From a virus (taxonomy: Duplodnaviria; Caudoviricetes), in IMG/VR virus record IMGVR_UViG_3300031519_000090, positions 1 through 35,543 of that record: a DNA stretch of 35,543 nt. One strand, written 5' to 3'. Below the pieces are notes generated by a model. It made no database searches and had not been told where the DNA came from. It saw nothing but the letters and a program-made list of their open reading frames with translations. Both the position numbers and the translations under genes were made by a program. Shown in pieces: positions 7,529 to 18,700 of the stretch. How positions within the stretch are numbered: the stretch's first letter is position 1; each line of letters begins with the position of its first letter.

Positions 7529-9032
7529 GTCTTCCAGCCACAATATTAATTGTGCCTATATTGGTTGAATTGTATTCTTCCAGTGCTTTTCCTATCACTG
7601 TACCCATTGCAGGGTTAGTACCTTTCCTAGCAACACCTGGGTTTTGCGAGTGTGTGACCAACATATCGCCTTTGCTGATCTGTCCAACAACCTTACATGG
7701 TACTTTTCCTTGTAGTGCTACTGCCTGTCCTGTTGCTTTGTTATTCATTAGGTATGCTGGATTTCCTGAAATGACGCCTGCCACTCTTGGATCTGCACCC
7801 ATGCTTGAAACTGTGATCTCTTTCTCTCCGCCGAATATAACAACAGTTCCCACTTCATACTCCGCATCGGATTCGTAGATCTCTGCCAAGTCAGCGTACT
7901 GTGCCGATGTTGCTTTGGCATGGACCGTGTTGTATCCTAGGCTTGAAGTTCCTAAGTCATACGTTGCATCCGTATCTGGCACCAATGCTTTTGTTGTAAG
8001 TGTACCGCCTAGTGTTGTTGCACCAAGACTGCTTGTACCCGAGCCTGATATGTTTCCTGTAACATCTCCTGTAACATCTCCTGTCAAGGCACCTGCAAAC
8101 GCTGTTGCTGTTACTGTCCCTGCAACCTGTAATGTAGTGCTTGGTGTTGTTGTTCCTATTCCAACACGAGCTACTGATCCATCCATGGTCATTAGAGTGG
8201 TTGTCGTACCACCGTCATTGACTTTGAAAGTTATGTCAGAATCTGCTATCACGTTTCGAACAATTACTCCTGTGCCATCCACTGTTATAGATAAATCACT
8301 GTCAGCACCAACCTGTAGACCCGAGTCATTGATGACTCCAAAGGTTCCTGATGTAGTATCATTGGCATTTGATTTTAAGAAAGTACTTGCCAACGCACCA
8401 CCTAGTGCATCTGAATCTGTAGCTGTACCCTGGAACTTTAAATCTGTTATTGCTGTTGAAAGTGTTATACCTTTCTTGATAGAAGTGAAACCTGATATTG
8501 ATGCCCTCGGGGTGAAGGTATCTTCAGAAATTATTGCGATAAGGTTACCGTCATTGAACCATTTTGTGATATTCTGTGTTGTATCAGTTGAATCTGCTAT
8601 CGAATCATAGACGAAACCGTTTGTGTTTCCTGTTGTGTTTGGTGGACCTACTAACACACTCGAAGCACCGTTGTAATAGAAAAGCTGTCCGTTATCCGAG
8701 TCAATCCAAAGATCTCCCTGTGTCAAGGCTCCCGGAGCAGTTGACTGGTAAGGAACATTGGCACCTGGTGGTACGAATGTAGAGCCTGTGTATATCTTCA
8801 ATCTTGAATTTGTTGTGTCATACCAGAGTTGTCCTGTGATAGGTTTAGTTGGTGCTGTGGTGTTTGCGAAGTTCTCCATCAATGATAGGAAGTTCTCAGC
8901 TATAAGCTCACCGTAACCAGCATATCCTTTTCCAACAAAACTTAGATCAGTCTGTGTGTTTACAACACCATCACTTACTGTGTATGAGTTAGGTGATGCC
9001 GCACTGTTAGTCTTGTTTACTGTGTATGCCAT
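7524..9032 (-). CDS. Tail fibre paralog 3 with C-terminal peptidase G2-like chaperone (502 aa)
   Basis: Shared N-terminal domain, VGIGTTTPSTTLQV fibre motif, and a C-terminal domain AQYADLAEIY...GVIS...PAYLMN...ALQGKVPCKV...GKALE. Confidence 0.75.
   Translation of the reverse strand: MAYTVNKTNSAASPNSYTVSDGVVNTQTDLSFVGKGYAGYGELIAENFLSLMENFANTTAPTKPITGQLWYDTTNSRLKIYTGSTFVPPGANVPYQSTAPGALTQGDLWIDSDNGQLFYYNGASSVLVGPPNTTGNTNGFVYDSIADSTDTTQNITKWFNDGNLIAIISEDTFTPRASISGFTSIKKGITLSTAITDLKFQGTATDSDALGGALASTFLKSNANDTTSGTFGVINDSGLQVGADSDLSITVDGTGVIVRNVIADSDITFKVNDGGTTTTLMTMDGSVARVGIGTTTPSTTLQVAGTVTATAFAGALTGDVTGDVTGNISGSGTSSLGATTLGGTLTTKALVPDTDATYDLGTSSLGYNTVHAKATSAQYADLAEIYESDAEYEVGTVVIFGGEKEITVSSMGADPRVAGVISGNPAYLMNNKATGQAVALQGKVPCKVVGQISKGDMLVTHSQNPGVARKGTNPAMGTVIGKALEEYNSTNIGTINIVAGRL
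7885..7914. repeat. 30-bp perfect direct repeat, copy 2
   Basis: Identical to 1510-1539. Confidence 0.9.
8055..8084. repeat. 12-bp tandem repeat x2.5 (TCCTGTAACATC), encoding GDVT repeats of the fibre shaft
   Basis: Read directly from the sequence. Confidence 0.8.
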
Positions 9033-9035
9033 TTA

Positions 9036-9761
9036 TTAGTATCCTGTGTTAGCACCCGATGTTGTTCCACTCACAGTGTTTGAAGTTGACAGTGCTGTTG
9101 AACTTGTTTCAGTGAATGTAGTTAATGATTGTATCCTTAAAGTGTAATCAATCTGTATAAGTCTGTTAAGAGATTTCTGTACTGGGTGGAATATAACGTG
9201 TGTCAATAGTTTGTTAGTTGAACCATTCTCTGTTCCTTCCCAACCTTTCAAGCCCAGTTCGTCAAACACATACTCACCATTGAAATCTGTTGTGTTATCA
9301 AATGCCGCCTGTCCTGTGGGCTCACCGTAATCTAATGTGCAAGTGCAAACGATGTCAGTGTACTTGTTACCTGCTGTGTGTCTCACTTCCATCTTGTTCC
9401 TTGTTGTGTCCTTGTTAGTGGCAGAGTTGTCATCTATCACTTTGTAATATGTTTGATTGTACAATGTGGCATTTGTACCTGTAGAATTTGGTGTTAGGTA
9501 TGTGATTATACCTGTTGGATCAACAGTTGTACCGCCATTACCAAATGACATCTCATGCACAAATCCTGTTGTCTTGTTTGCTAATGAATTAGCCAGAGCC
9601 TGTGACATGTTTTCGTAGTGGATTGCATTTCTTTTGTCCACCATTACTTCGCCTGATTCTGGATCAAATATCTTGATGTGTCCTTCTATCATAACTCCGC
9701 TCTGATCCTGGGGTTTTTTGTTTTCTTCTTTTGTTTCAGTTGGTTTGTTATCCTGTGTCAT
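9036..9761 (-). CDS. Baseplate/tail-fibre attachment structural protein (241 aa)
   Basis: GHIKIFD...KRNAI, FGNGG, FDELGL and LLTHVIFHPVQKS...IDYTLRI resemble tail-collar/baseplate proteins; lies between the wedge and fibre genes. Confidence 0.6.
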   Translation of the reverse strand: MTQDNKPTETKEENKKPQDQSGVMIEGHIKIFDPESGEVMVDKRNAIHYENMSQALANSLANKTTGFVHEMSFGNGGTTVDPTGIITYLTPNSTGTNATLYNQTYYKVIDDNSATNKDTTRNKMEVRHTAGNKYTDIVCTCTLDYGEPTGQAAFDNTTDFNGEYVFDELGLKGWEGTENGSTNKLLTHVIFHPVQKSLNRLIQIDYTLRIQSLTTFTETSSTALSTSNTVSGTTSGANTGY

Positions 9762-9767
9762 CTAGTG

Positions 9768-9775
9768 TATTTATT
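9768..9775 (-). promoter_or_regulatory. T4-like late promoter variant AATAAATA
   Basis: Overlaps the stop codon of the giant gene; 6 nt upstream of ATG 9761. Confidence 0.55.
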
Positions 9776-12700
9776 CAGGTGCGTTTGTTGGTTCGTTAGC
9801 TATGAATTTAGCCTGTCCAGTAGTAGATGCTTGTAATCCCTTGCCGTCCGCTGGATTACCATCTAATGCTGTGTACCATACCTGTCCTCTCTTGTGTAAG
9901 ATTTTAACCTGTGTTCCGTCCGCTGGAGCCGTACTTAAAGTGACAGCTGTCGTCGATCCGTCCACAGAGTAGTTAATAGTTGAACCATCCTCGCTAGTAA
10001 GCAACAATCGTTGGCCACCAATGAATATGTCTAACTCACTAGCGGATGATGGGGCTTGTGATAGTGCGAAAATTACTGTACTACCGTCACCTGTAAAGGT
10101 GTTGGTGTGTACTGTGTCCGCATAAGGTATAGTTTGAGTTCCGCTGGCATCTACCACTAGTGTGCCATCGCTATGGTCCTTAATTCCTGTTCCAAGTGTT
10201 CCACGTCTAAGTTGTCCCAACGTGTTTCCGTTCTTGGTAAAATATTCTATTCTTTCCTTGTCAATGAAGACAACACCTGGCATGTTGCTTGACGCATCAG
10301 GTTCTGGTAACACAGTCCCGTCTTTGACTTGTAATGTGTTAATTGTATCGGTCAAATCATCAACCAATTCCGTTGTTGCTGTTTTGCTGATACGTTTGTA
10401 GAAAGTCCTATTCAGCATGTCTTTGAATATTCTAAATCCTGTTGCACTCGCGGCAGATTCTGTTGCAAAGTACATCACGTCAAGTCTGTCTGATGCTGTT
10501 ATTGTCTTGCCAACGAATGTAATTGTGTTGCCACTAATTGTAAAGTCATGTCCCTGTGTCTGTTGATCTCCGTTCAACCACACGTAAGTATATCCGCCGT
10601 TCAAAGGTTCAAATCTTAATTTGAACACATTGTTTGTTTTGCCTTCAAGCACCTCTCTTCTCAATTTCATTCCAAGTGCGTTGTTGAATGTAGTCACTGA
10701 CAGAACATCATTCTCACTCAACTGGTATCCCAGTGTGCTTGAGTCTGCATCTATCTGTGCCACATCTAAAATTATGTCGTTGCCTTCATTGAAATACTGG
10801 TTGTCGGTCAATGTTGTTATGGCAACTAGGTCTGTGCTAGACGCTGGCTGTACAAGTTCTATCCTTTCCGGTGATCCTATTGTGTCTGCTGTCAAAGTTG
10901 TTATGTCTGCTGTCGCTGTTGAATTATCTGCCGTGCCTTGAACTGTTCCTAGGTTCACAACATAGTCAGTGCCCTGTGCAAGTAAGACTCCGTTCTTGTG
11001 TACTTGTATCTGTGATGCACTTGTTATAACCTTCGCTGGATCTATCGTTGAGTCCTCACCAAGCCCGACCACAGGATTGAAGCTGTAGGTACTTCCGTCG
11101 CCTGTGTAGTAACTTACGTCTGGACCTCTAAGGACTTTGCCATTCAATTCAATTATTGTCAAGCCTGACAATGGACCTATAGATCCTGGTGGATAAGTTA
11201 AAGTGTATCTGTTTGTTGATCCGTCATATGTCACCGCTTGGTTCATTATGCTGGCGTGACTTCTTGTGCTTGTTGTTGATTTGTTGAACCCTGCAATCTG
11301 TACAAATGTATCAGCCACCGGAGCCGTATTGAATGTAACTGTCACTGCATTGGCAGTTGTTGTAGTTGAGAATGCTGTTGTTGGCACTCCGTCAATAGTG
11401 ATGTACATGTCAGACACAGTCGAATCCAAGTTGAACTCACCCCTAGTCGATGTTGTGAATGTAACTGTGCTTCCGTCACCTGTGTACTGATCCAGTACTC
11501 TGTAATTTTCTCCACTTATCGCAAAAACTCTTGTTGCTACAACACTGTTAATTGCCGGTGCTGATGTAAATGTTATTGTTTTGTTTGCAATATCAACTGT
11601 GTAGTCTGTTGTTAATTTCTTAATAGCGCCATTTACTGAAACTGTCACAGAACCCAGTGTTCCTGGATAATCTCCTATGCTGAACGTTAATGTAGTTCCG
11701 TCACCCCTGTGGTTCTTGCTTGATATAAATGGAACTCCTGATTCGGGTGATGTGTAAACTTTGATGTCTAATGTGTCAAATAGTTGTCCTGGTACAGTTT
11801 CCTCCGGAGCATAACTTGTCTCCGGTGATACGAAATCATCGCCTTCCAGTAGTATGTCACTTGGTGCTGTTCCGATTGCAGAACCAAACAGTCCGCCCTT
11901 GATTATTGAGTCTAGTGTCCTGTCATCCGTTGGGGTCAGTACGCCATCATCGTCGAACGGTATGAACTCCACTAGTGCACCTGCATCTGGTACAACTGAT
12001 ATTGTGAATGATGTTGTTGATCCATCACCCCTGAATACACCGTCTAACTTTTTCCTTGTGCTGTCATTTGATGTCACATAGACCTGGTAAACATCGCTCA
12101 CAGCCGGTGCCGGTGTAATAGTGAAAGTTCCTGTTGTTCCGTCGGCAGTGAAGGCCTTGACCCTAGATTCACCATAAGTGTCCCATGGGAAATCATACCA
12201 ACCTTCTTTGTCCCATCCTTGACCTTGTGAAAACAGCAATCCTGTGACCATTGTTCCACCGTAGTCAACACCTAACATGACCTGTGACAGTTCATTCCCT
12301 GCCATTCCTGCAGTCGGTGTGTAGAAACCTTTTGTTCTGTCTGCCGCTGTTAGTCCTGTCTCATCACCGTACACCTTGTACAAGTTGTTTGTGCTGTCGT
12401 TGAAGTCTGTTGTTGCAGTGAAGGCACTTGTTGTTTTGTATAATTCGTTTTTGTATCTGATCAGTTGTCCATACACATAGCTCGTGGATGCCGTCCAGTC
12501 GACCACACTTGATGTGCTTGAAACCCTGTCAAATTTTATTGTTGTATCTATGTCTCTGACAAGGTCGTTGTTCAGGTTCGCATAAGCTCTGGCCGTGTCC
12601 GATGGCGTTGAACCATCATCCGTACCTCCAGTTAACACCACCATGGGTGTTGAAGTGTAGTTTGCACCAATGCCTGTCACTGTAATTTTTGTCACTGTGC

Positions 12701-15700
12701 CTCCAACAACTGTTGCTGTGGCAGTGGCCGTCGTCGTGGTAGGTGTTGTGTACATCTTGAATGCACCCGAAATTGTTGATTGGGCTGTTATGCTCGTGCT
12801 TGGTCCATAGAACGTGCCTGTGTAACCATCGAACGTGTAGCTGTTTGTTGTGCCTGCCCCACCATTCTGTGAATCATATATCTCTGCCTGCTCCTGACTA
12901 GTGAACAATGGATAGAAGTAACCATAACTGCCTGACGTTGATCCACTCGAGCTTGTTGCCAGTATCTGGAATGGACCTGTTGCTCCTGCTGTTCCGCCAA
13001 CTATGGTAACTGTTGGAGTTTTAGTGTAGCCGGAGCCGCCTTTGCTTACAGTGATAGACGAAACATATTTCTTGTGATAGTCATTCCACATCTGCCAAGG
13101 ATACTCAGTAAGTTTGTCTGTGTCCGTGTCAACATTCAATGCTCTGATCTTGCCTGTTTTCGCATCGTAGAATGTTGGACTGTCAAAGTCTGTGAATATA
13201 CCGTCCTGCGTGTCGGTGCCTGTGTGCCCCAGTCTGTATTCTCTCAATTTTGTGTGGAAAGGTTTAACTTCATTGATGTAGCTCTCTATCCAGCTGTCTG
13301 TGCCTGTCGTGTATGACTTCCTCTGGTCCAATGCTCTGACCGAATTCTTGGCATTGATGAATGATGTCTTGAACATCCAGTCAACGTAAGTCTGTTCTGC
13401 TAGTACTTTCCTCATTCCTGTGAAGAACAGTGTGTTGTATGTCACAGCAAGATCATTTATGAATATGTCATCCCTCAGTGCTGTAAGTATTTTCCTTGTT
13501 TCCGTTGCAGGAGATTGATCAAAGAAGTTATCGTCAAATGTATCCTCACCTGCAAAACCTGTGGCATCCTGTGAGTAGTCATAAAGTTTGGTCGATAGCC
13601 TTATTGTCCCGTTCTCTGTACCAACATTTATGTACGCATCTGCCGTCTTCATGAACAGTTTCCATCCACCTGTGTCCGCACTAGTGACCTTGACGTGTTT
13701 TCCTACTGCAAGATCAAGTGTATCTAGCTCGTATTCATAAGTCACCTGTTTGTCAATAGGAGTGTTTTCATTGTGTATCATCTCATGAATAGCAGGATCC
13801 GTGCCATACCAGTCTGTGTAACTCCAGTAACCGGATGTGTCGTAAGTCTGTAGTTTTGTCCTAGTGAATTCTGTGCCATCCCATGTGTATATCGCCCAGT
13901 AACCATTTGATGTTTCATCTGATCTGACAAGGTATCTCACTGTTCCAGATAGATCTCTTGTGTCAATGTAAGTTAGTTCCGCATAGGTGTCTATGGTCGT
14001 GTCCCATTCTAGACTCTGGGCAGTTGGTTCTGGATCTTTAGAATCTAGATTTGTAAGATTGATTGTCCCACTCAATTGTGTTTTTTTCAACTCGATGTTA
14101 GTGTAGTCTATGATTTCTTTCAGTGCTGAATACCTGTCCACATACCAACTCTGCCTAGGTCTCACACTGTTTCCGTATCTCTCGTTCACTGGAAGATCAA
14201 TGTCTGGCACTAGATCACCTGTGCTGTTCTGTCCTATCAGTGAATCCCACCAACGTGTCTCTATCACTGTTCCTGGTCTCCAATCCTTGTCTCCCTCTTT
14301 GGCCAGCTTCCATACCGAGTGTGCATCGCCATCAAACGTGTTGGTCCTGATGTCTATGTTCAATGTTATATCACTACCTAATAGTGTGCCAACATTGGTC
14401 AGCAACAGTTTGTTGGTGTCAGTCACCGAATAGTACTTGAACCCTGATCCCCGAGGATTTGCTATCAGGTTTGCCACGAATGCTGTTGAGTTCTTTCTTT
14501 GGACAACACTGTTAGATGGAACTGTTGTTTTATTCTTCACCCAGTAGTAATAGTAATTCACCATGGTGTCTAGTCTAGAATTGTATCTCTGTATTACTGT
14601 GTAATTTGAGTCATCAGGATTCACAGGTGTTCCGGTTATTCCTTGGCTAGTGCCTCCCTGTGTTCCTGTTCTCAACTGCCATTCGCTCGGTAGAAACGTG
14701 GATTCCGTCCACTCGCATATGTCTATGCTGGATCCTGGGAAAGTGTTACCCCAGTTGTTTGCTTTGAATTTCTGATCACCTTGCTGATACCATGTCCATT
14801 TGATTTTTGATAGATCCCACCATACCTCACCTAAGTGATTCTCCGCCCACGGTGTCCTGATGTTGGCATTTGTACCTGTGTTGTAAACTGCTGGATCCCA
14901 GGTTGTCTTGATGTTTATTTCCCTGTCTGCGACTCCCAGTATCCTTCCCTGTATTGGATCATAAAGGTCATAGTGATCTAGTACCTGTTTGCTTTTGTTG
15001 TTGAATTCAAACACCTGTCCAAGTTTGTCTATGTCTATCAATGCTGTTTCTGAAGCTATGTTCTTCCAGGCGTGCTCTCCGCTGACTGATAGGTCATAGC
15101 AGGCCACCGTTCCGTCATTTGATATGGCAGTATTCCCTTCATCGTCCGGGGCACCTACAAACACAGTGTTATCGATAATACATAAACCTTTCCCGAAGTC
15201 ATCGTCTTCAGATATGTTATCGGTTACCATCCTGTCATCTATCACGAATTTTGTGTTGTACATTGTGGCCGTGTATGCCGCTCCTGATCCTGTATTCAGA
15301 TCACCAAATGTTGTGTCCTGTAGGTCAAAAGTGGTCTCACCTGAATCAATTTTCATTTCCCTAGGTGTTGCGGCCTTTTCTGCACCTATCACTACCCTCG
15401 TGCCAGTATCGTTTATGTCAACACTTGTTCCAAACTTCATGTTTGATTGTGCATCCGGTGCCGCTATTGTTTGTTGTAATGTGTACGTGTTGGTAGAACC
15501 ATCTGCATTCCATTTGTAGTAGTAAACTGCTCCACCATCTATCTGTCCTGTGCTACCGTCATCAACCCCAGGTGCACCTACTATCAAGACGGTTCCATCT
15601 TTGGTCATTGTCATTGAATCGCCAAACGCTGTGTTCAGTGACGAACCGTCTGCACTGATGCCTTCCAGTGTCTGTGCAAGAGTGAACGAGTGATCTGTGC

Positions 15701-18700
15701 TACCGTCATTTGCCTGTGAACTTCTTATGTATATCTCCACTTTACCTGCCTGTCCCGGTGCTAGTGAGCTGACTGCTAATATGTCACCGTTGTCATTAGC
15801 TTCCAACCTGTGTCCAAATCTCTTACCTGCCCCTGGATCAGCTGATGTGATCGTTAAATTTTGCGTCCATGTGTCGTATGTCGATCCATCTGCACCGATG
15901 CCCCACTCATACATGTAAACCTGTCCCACGTCATCACCATGTCCCGGTGCTCCAACGAAAAGATATTTCGTTGCTGTGCTTCTTCCAGAACTCAATCCTG
16001 GTTCTGAAATCTTGTGAGACCATCCAAAGTTCTGTGCCTGTACTGAATCTGTAGTCGAACCATCCTCTGGCGGAGTTAAAGTGTTCAGTAATCCATACTT
16101 GAATGTTGTTGGCTCCCATAGGTATATTTTAAGCAGTCCACTATCTGTATATCTAGTACTGCCATCTGAACTTATTGTGTTGGTAAATGGTGCTCCTGCT
16201 ACAACAAAATTCTCATCTGTACTCATAGACAGGGACTCACCTAATCTGCTAGTGGCATCATCATTTTCAGTCATCGTCGCTGTTGACTGTGATTGAAATA
16301 TTGTTCCTGCCGCTGTATTAGATCTAAACAGGAAGTGTACCTCACCTTGTGTCTTGCCCGGTGCTGATATTACCACTGTCCTACCATCATTCCTCGCCAC
16401 TATGTTGTGACCAAATTCCTGGTCTGCTGTTGATACGTCTGGAGACAATATTGTTTTCGATACATACGGATCCTGTTTCTCGTACACACGCCACAGTCCT
16501 GAGCTGTCAGTGTCAGCGAACACTTTGTCACCTTCCTTTTCTATGGCCTCATCCTTATCTTTGTAGTCAGCATAGTTGATCAGGTCATTCACATTGTCCA
16601 TGGATGCCAATCTCACTGATATGAATTTGTAAATATTTCCGTAGCTGTCTGCCGTTGATCCATCTTCCAGTGTTGGTATGAATGCTGTATTTCCAGTGTA
16701 ATCTATTATCACAGTCTTGTGATCTGTCACACTTGAAACTTGGTACACACCGTTCAGCGTCAGTTCTTGACTGTTTGATATTCCAAAGTAGTCGGCCAGT
16801 TTTGTTGGTGAGCTTCCTGTCAATCCATGTGAACTGGTGAAGGTCAGTTCCAACTGTGTGGAATCATTAATTAACTGTACTTGAGCTATCTTGAGTCTGG
16901 CGCTGGTTATCCTAAACACGTCCCAGTCGTTGTTGGATTTATTTGCCACCCACACAAGATCATTCGTTGTTATAGCATTCATATCCAGATTACTGATATC
17001 CGTTATATTAAATGCAGTGTGTTGTACCTGAGTAAGTTGTGGATATCCTGCTGTCTTGTAGACCTGTGCATGTTCCCTATCTACACCTTCCTTGGTGTAG
17101 TCTAACCTGCTGAAAGTTGTAGAAGCTGTATACTCAACAGGCTTGTAGTACATCTGATCTTTGCTAACTGAAAGAGATCTCGTGAACTCCTTGGTCTCGT
17201 TAGTTGTGTCAAACAGTTCCACACTTTGTGGGTTTGAATATACCTCGTTGTCTTTCAGTGTTATCTGTATGTTTTCCACGGAATCTGTATTTCCAAATCT
17301 GCCTGTCCTGATCATCCATTCCGGATACAATTCCAAATTGATGTCCTCTCCCTCGTACTGTGCCTTTAGAATCTTGTCTATTGCATTCTGTGTGCCCTTC
17401 TCCCTGATATATCCTTGGTAGAACTTGTACTGTGATACATCATTGACAAAAAGATTTTCCAAGTAATCCCTAGACTGGTATCCTATAAGTCTCTGTGCCA
17501 GTTGCTGTTGTGAATCATCAAAGTTGTTTGACTCTAGATTATAGAAATCATTGAACTGTGATATTTTGTAATCAAAGTTTGGAATCAATTGCGGTGCCGG
17601 TTTTTCTATTTTATATTTCCAGTTTACCGTTTTAAACGTTGCTGTCGAATTATGATTCGCTGTTGCAACATAAAACTTTCCTTGGTACTCTACCGTATCG
17701 CCTACCCTGTAGTCTGTGTTTGCTTTCCAGTATGAAACCTGTGCGGAATCAAATACAAAACCTGGAGCGTAGTAGTCACCATTCCACCCTGCTGTCTTCC
17801 ATCCTACAAGTTTAAGCCTCTGCTGTCTAAATCCTGTGAACGGATCATATATGATGTCTGCAAATACTGTGCTGTTATCAAACAATAATATGTGCTCTTT
17901 CTGTACTGTGTTCAGTGCCACGTTGTACAGACCTATGCTGTCTGACTTAATCGATAAGTCAAACGTCTTGCCAATACGTTTTGTTGATATCTCTCCTATA
18001 TCTATTTTCCTTCCCCCTGCGTCCAGCAATGAGTAATCGCCTGCCAGGTTCCTTAATTTGCCAACTATGCTGTTGTTCGTGTCAAGTTCAAACCCATCTG
18101 CCGCTGGTGATACTGTCACTGCAGATCCTGGTGCCCATTCCTGCGTGGTCCAGAACAAGAACTCCCTGACTGCGTTTGACCAGTTAAGTGTTTCTTTCAG
18201 TTCATTCGAATACCTGTTAAACTTGAATCCTTGGCTTTCCAACCAGTGGCCATAGCCAAAAAGAAAATCAGTTACATCCTGAATTGTGTTGAACACGTAA
18301 CCATAAGGTATGGTCTGTGTATTTTCCTGGAAAGAAGTGTATCGTTTGACCGACGTTGCTCCCTCTACCGAGACTGCTGAGTGTGTTGTCGTCTTGACAG
18401 GGTAGTTAATTTTGAAATATGGTTTTGTAGTCGAGTATCCTAGTATCTTGTATCCACCTAAAAGCGTAGAACCGTCACTAGTCGCATCATTGTTCTTCTC
18501 TATCAACACGCCCGAGTACTGGAAACTTTTAACAGGATTAGATGTCCTAAATAATATCTTGTAGTTCTCATCTGGAATGAATTTTGAACCTGACACTGAT
18601 CCCGGTGATACAGAATCAGTTAATACTTTTAAGTTGTCCTTGTCTGTAAATCCTCCCAGTTTGTATGCTAACTGTGTGGAAAGATTTTTCATCTTTTTGT

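Noticed and set aside
7514-7543. ORF-track start giving a 476-aa protein (MWLEDYKYKQ...)
   Set aside because: Overlaps the upstream gene; the paralogs begin at MAY and a late promoter points to ATG 7513.
1510-7914. Diversity-generating retroelement TR/VR pair
   Set aside because: The repeat is only 30 bp and perfect, with no adenine-specific mismatches, and there is no reverse transcriptase in the window.
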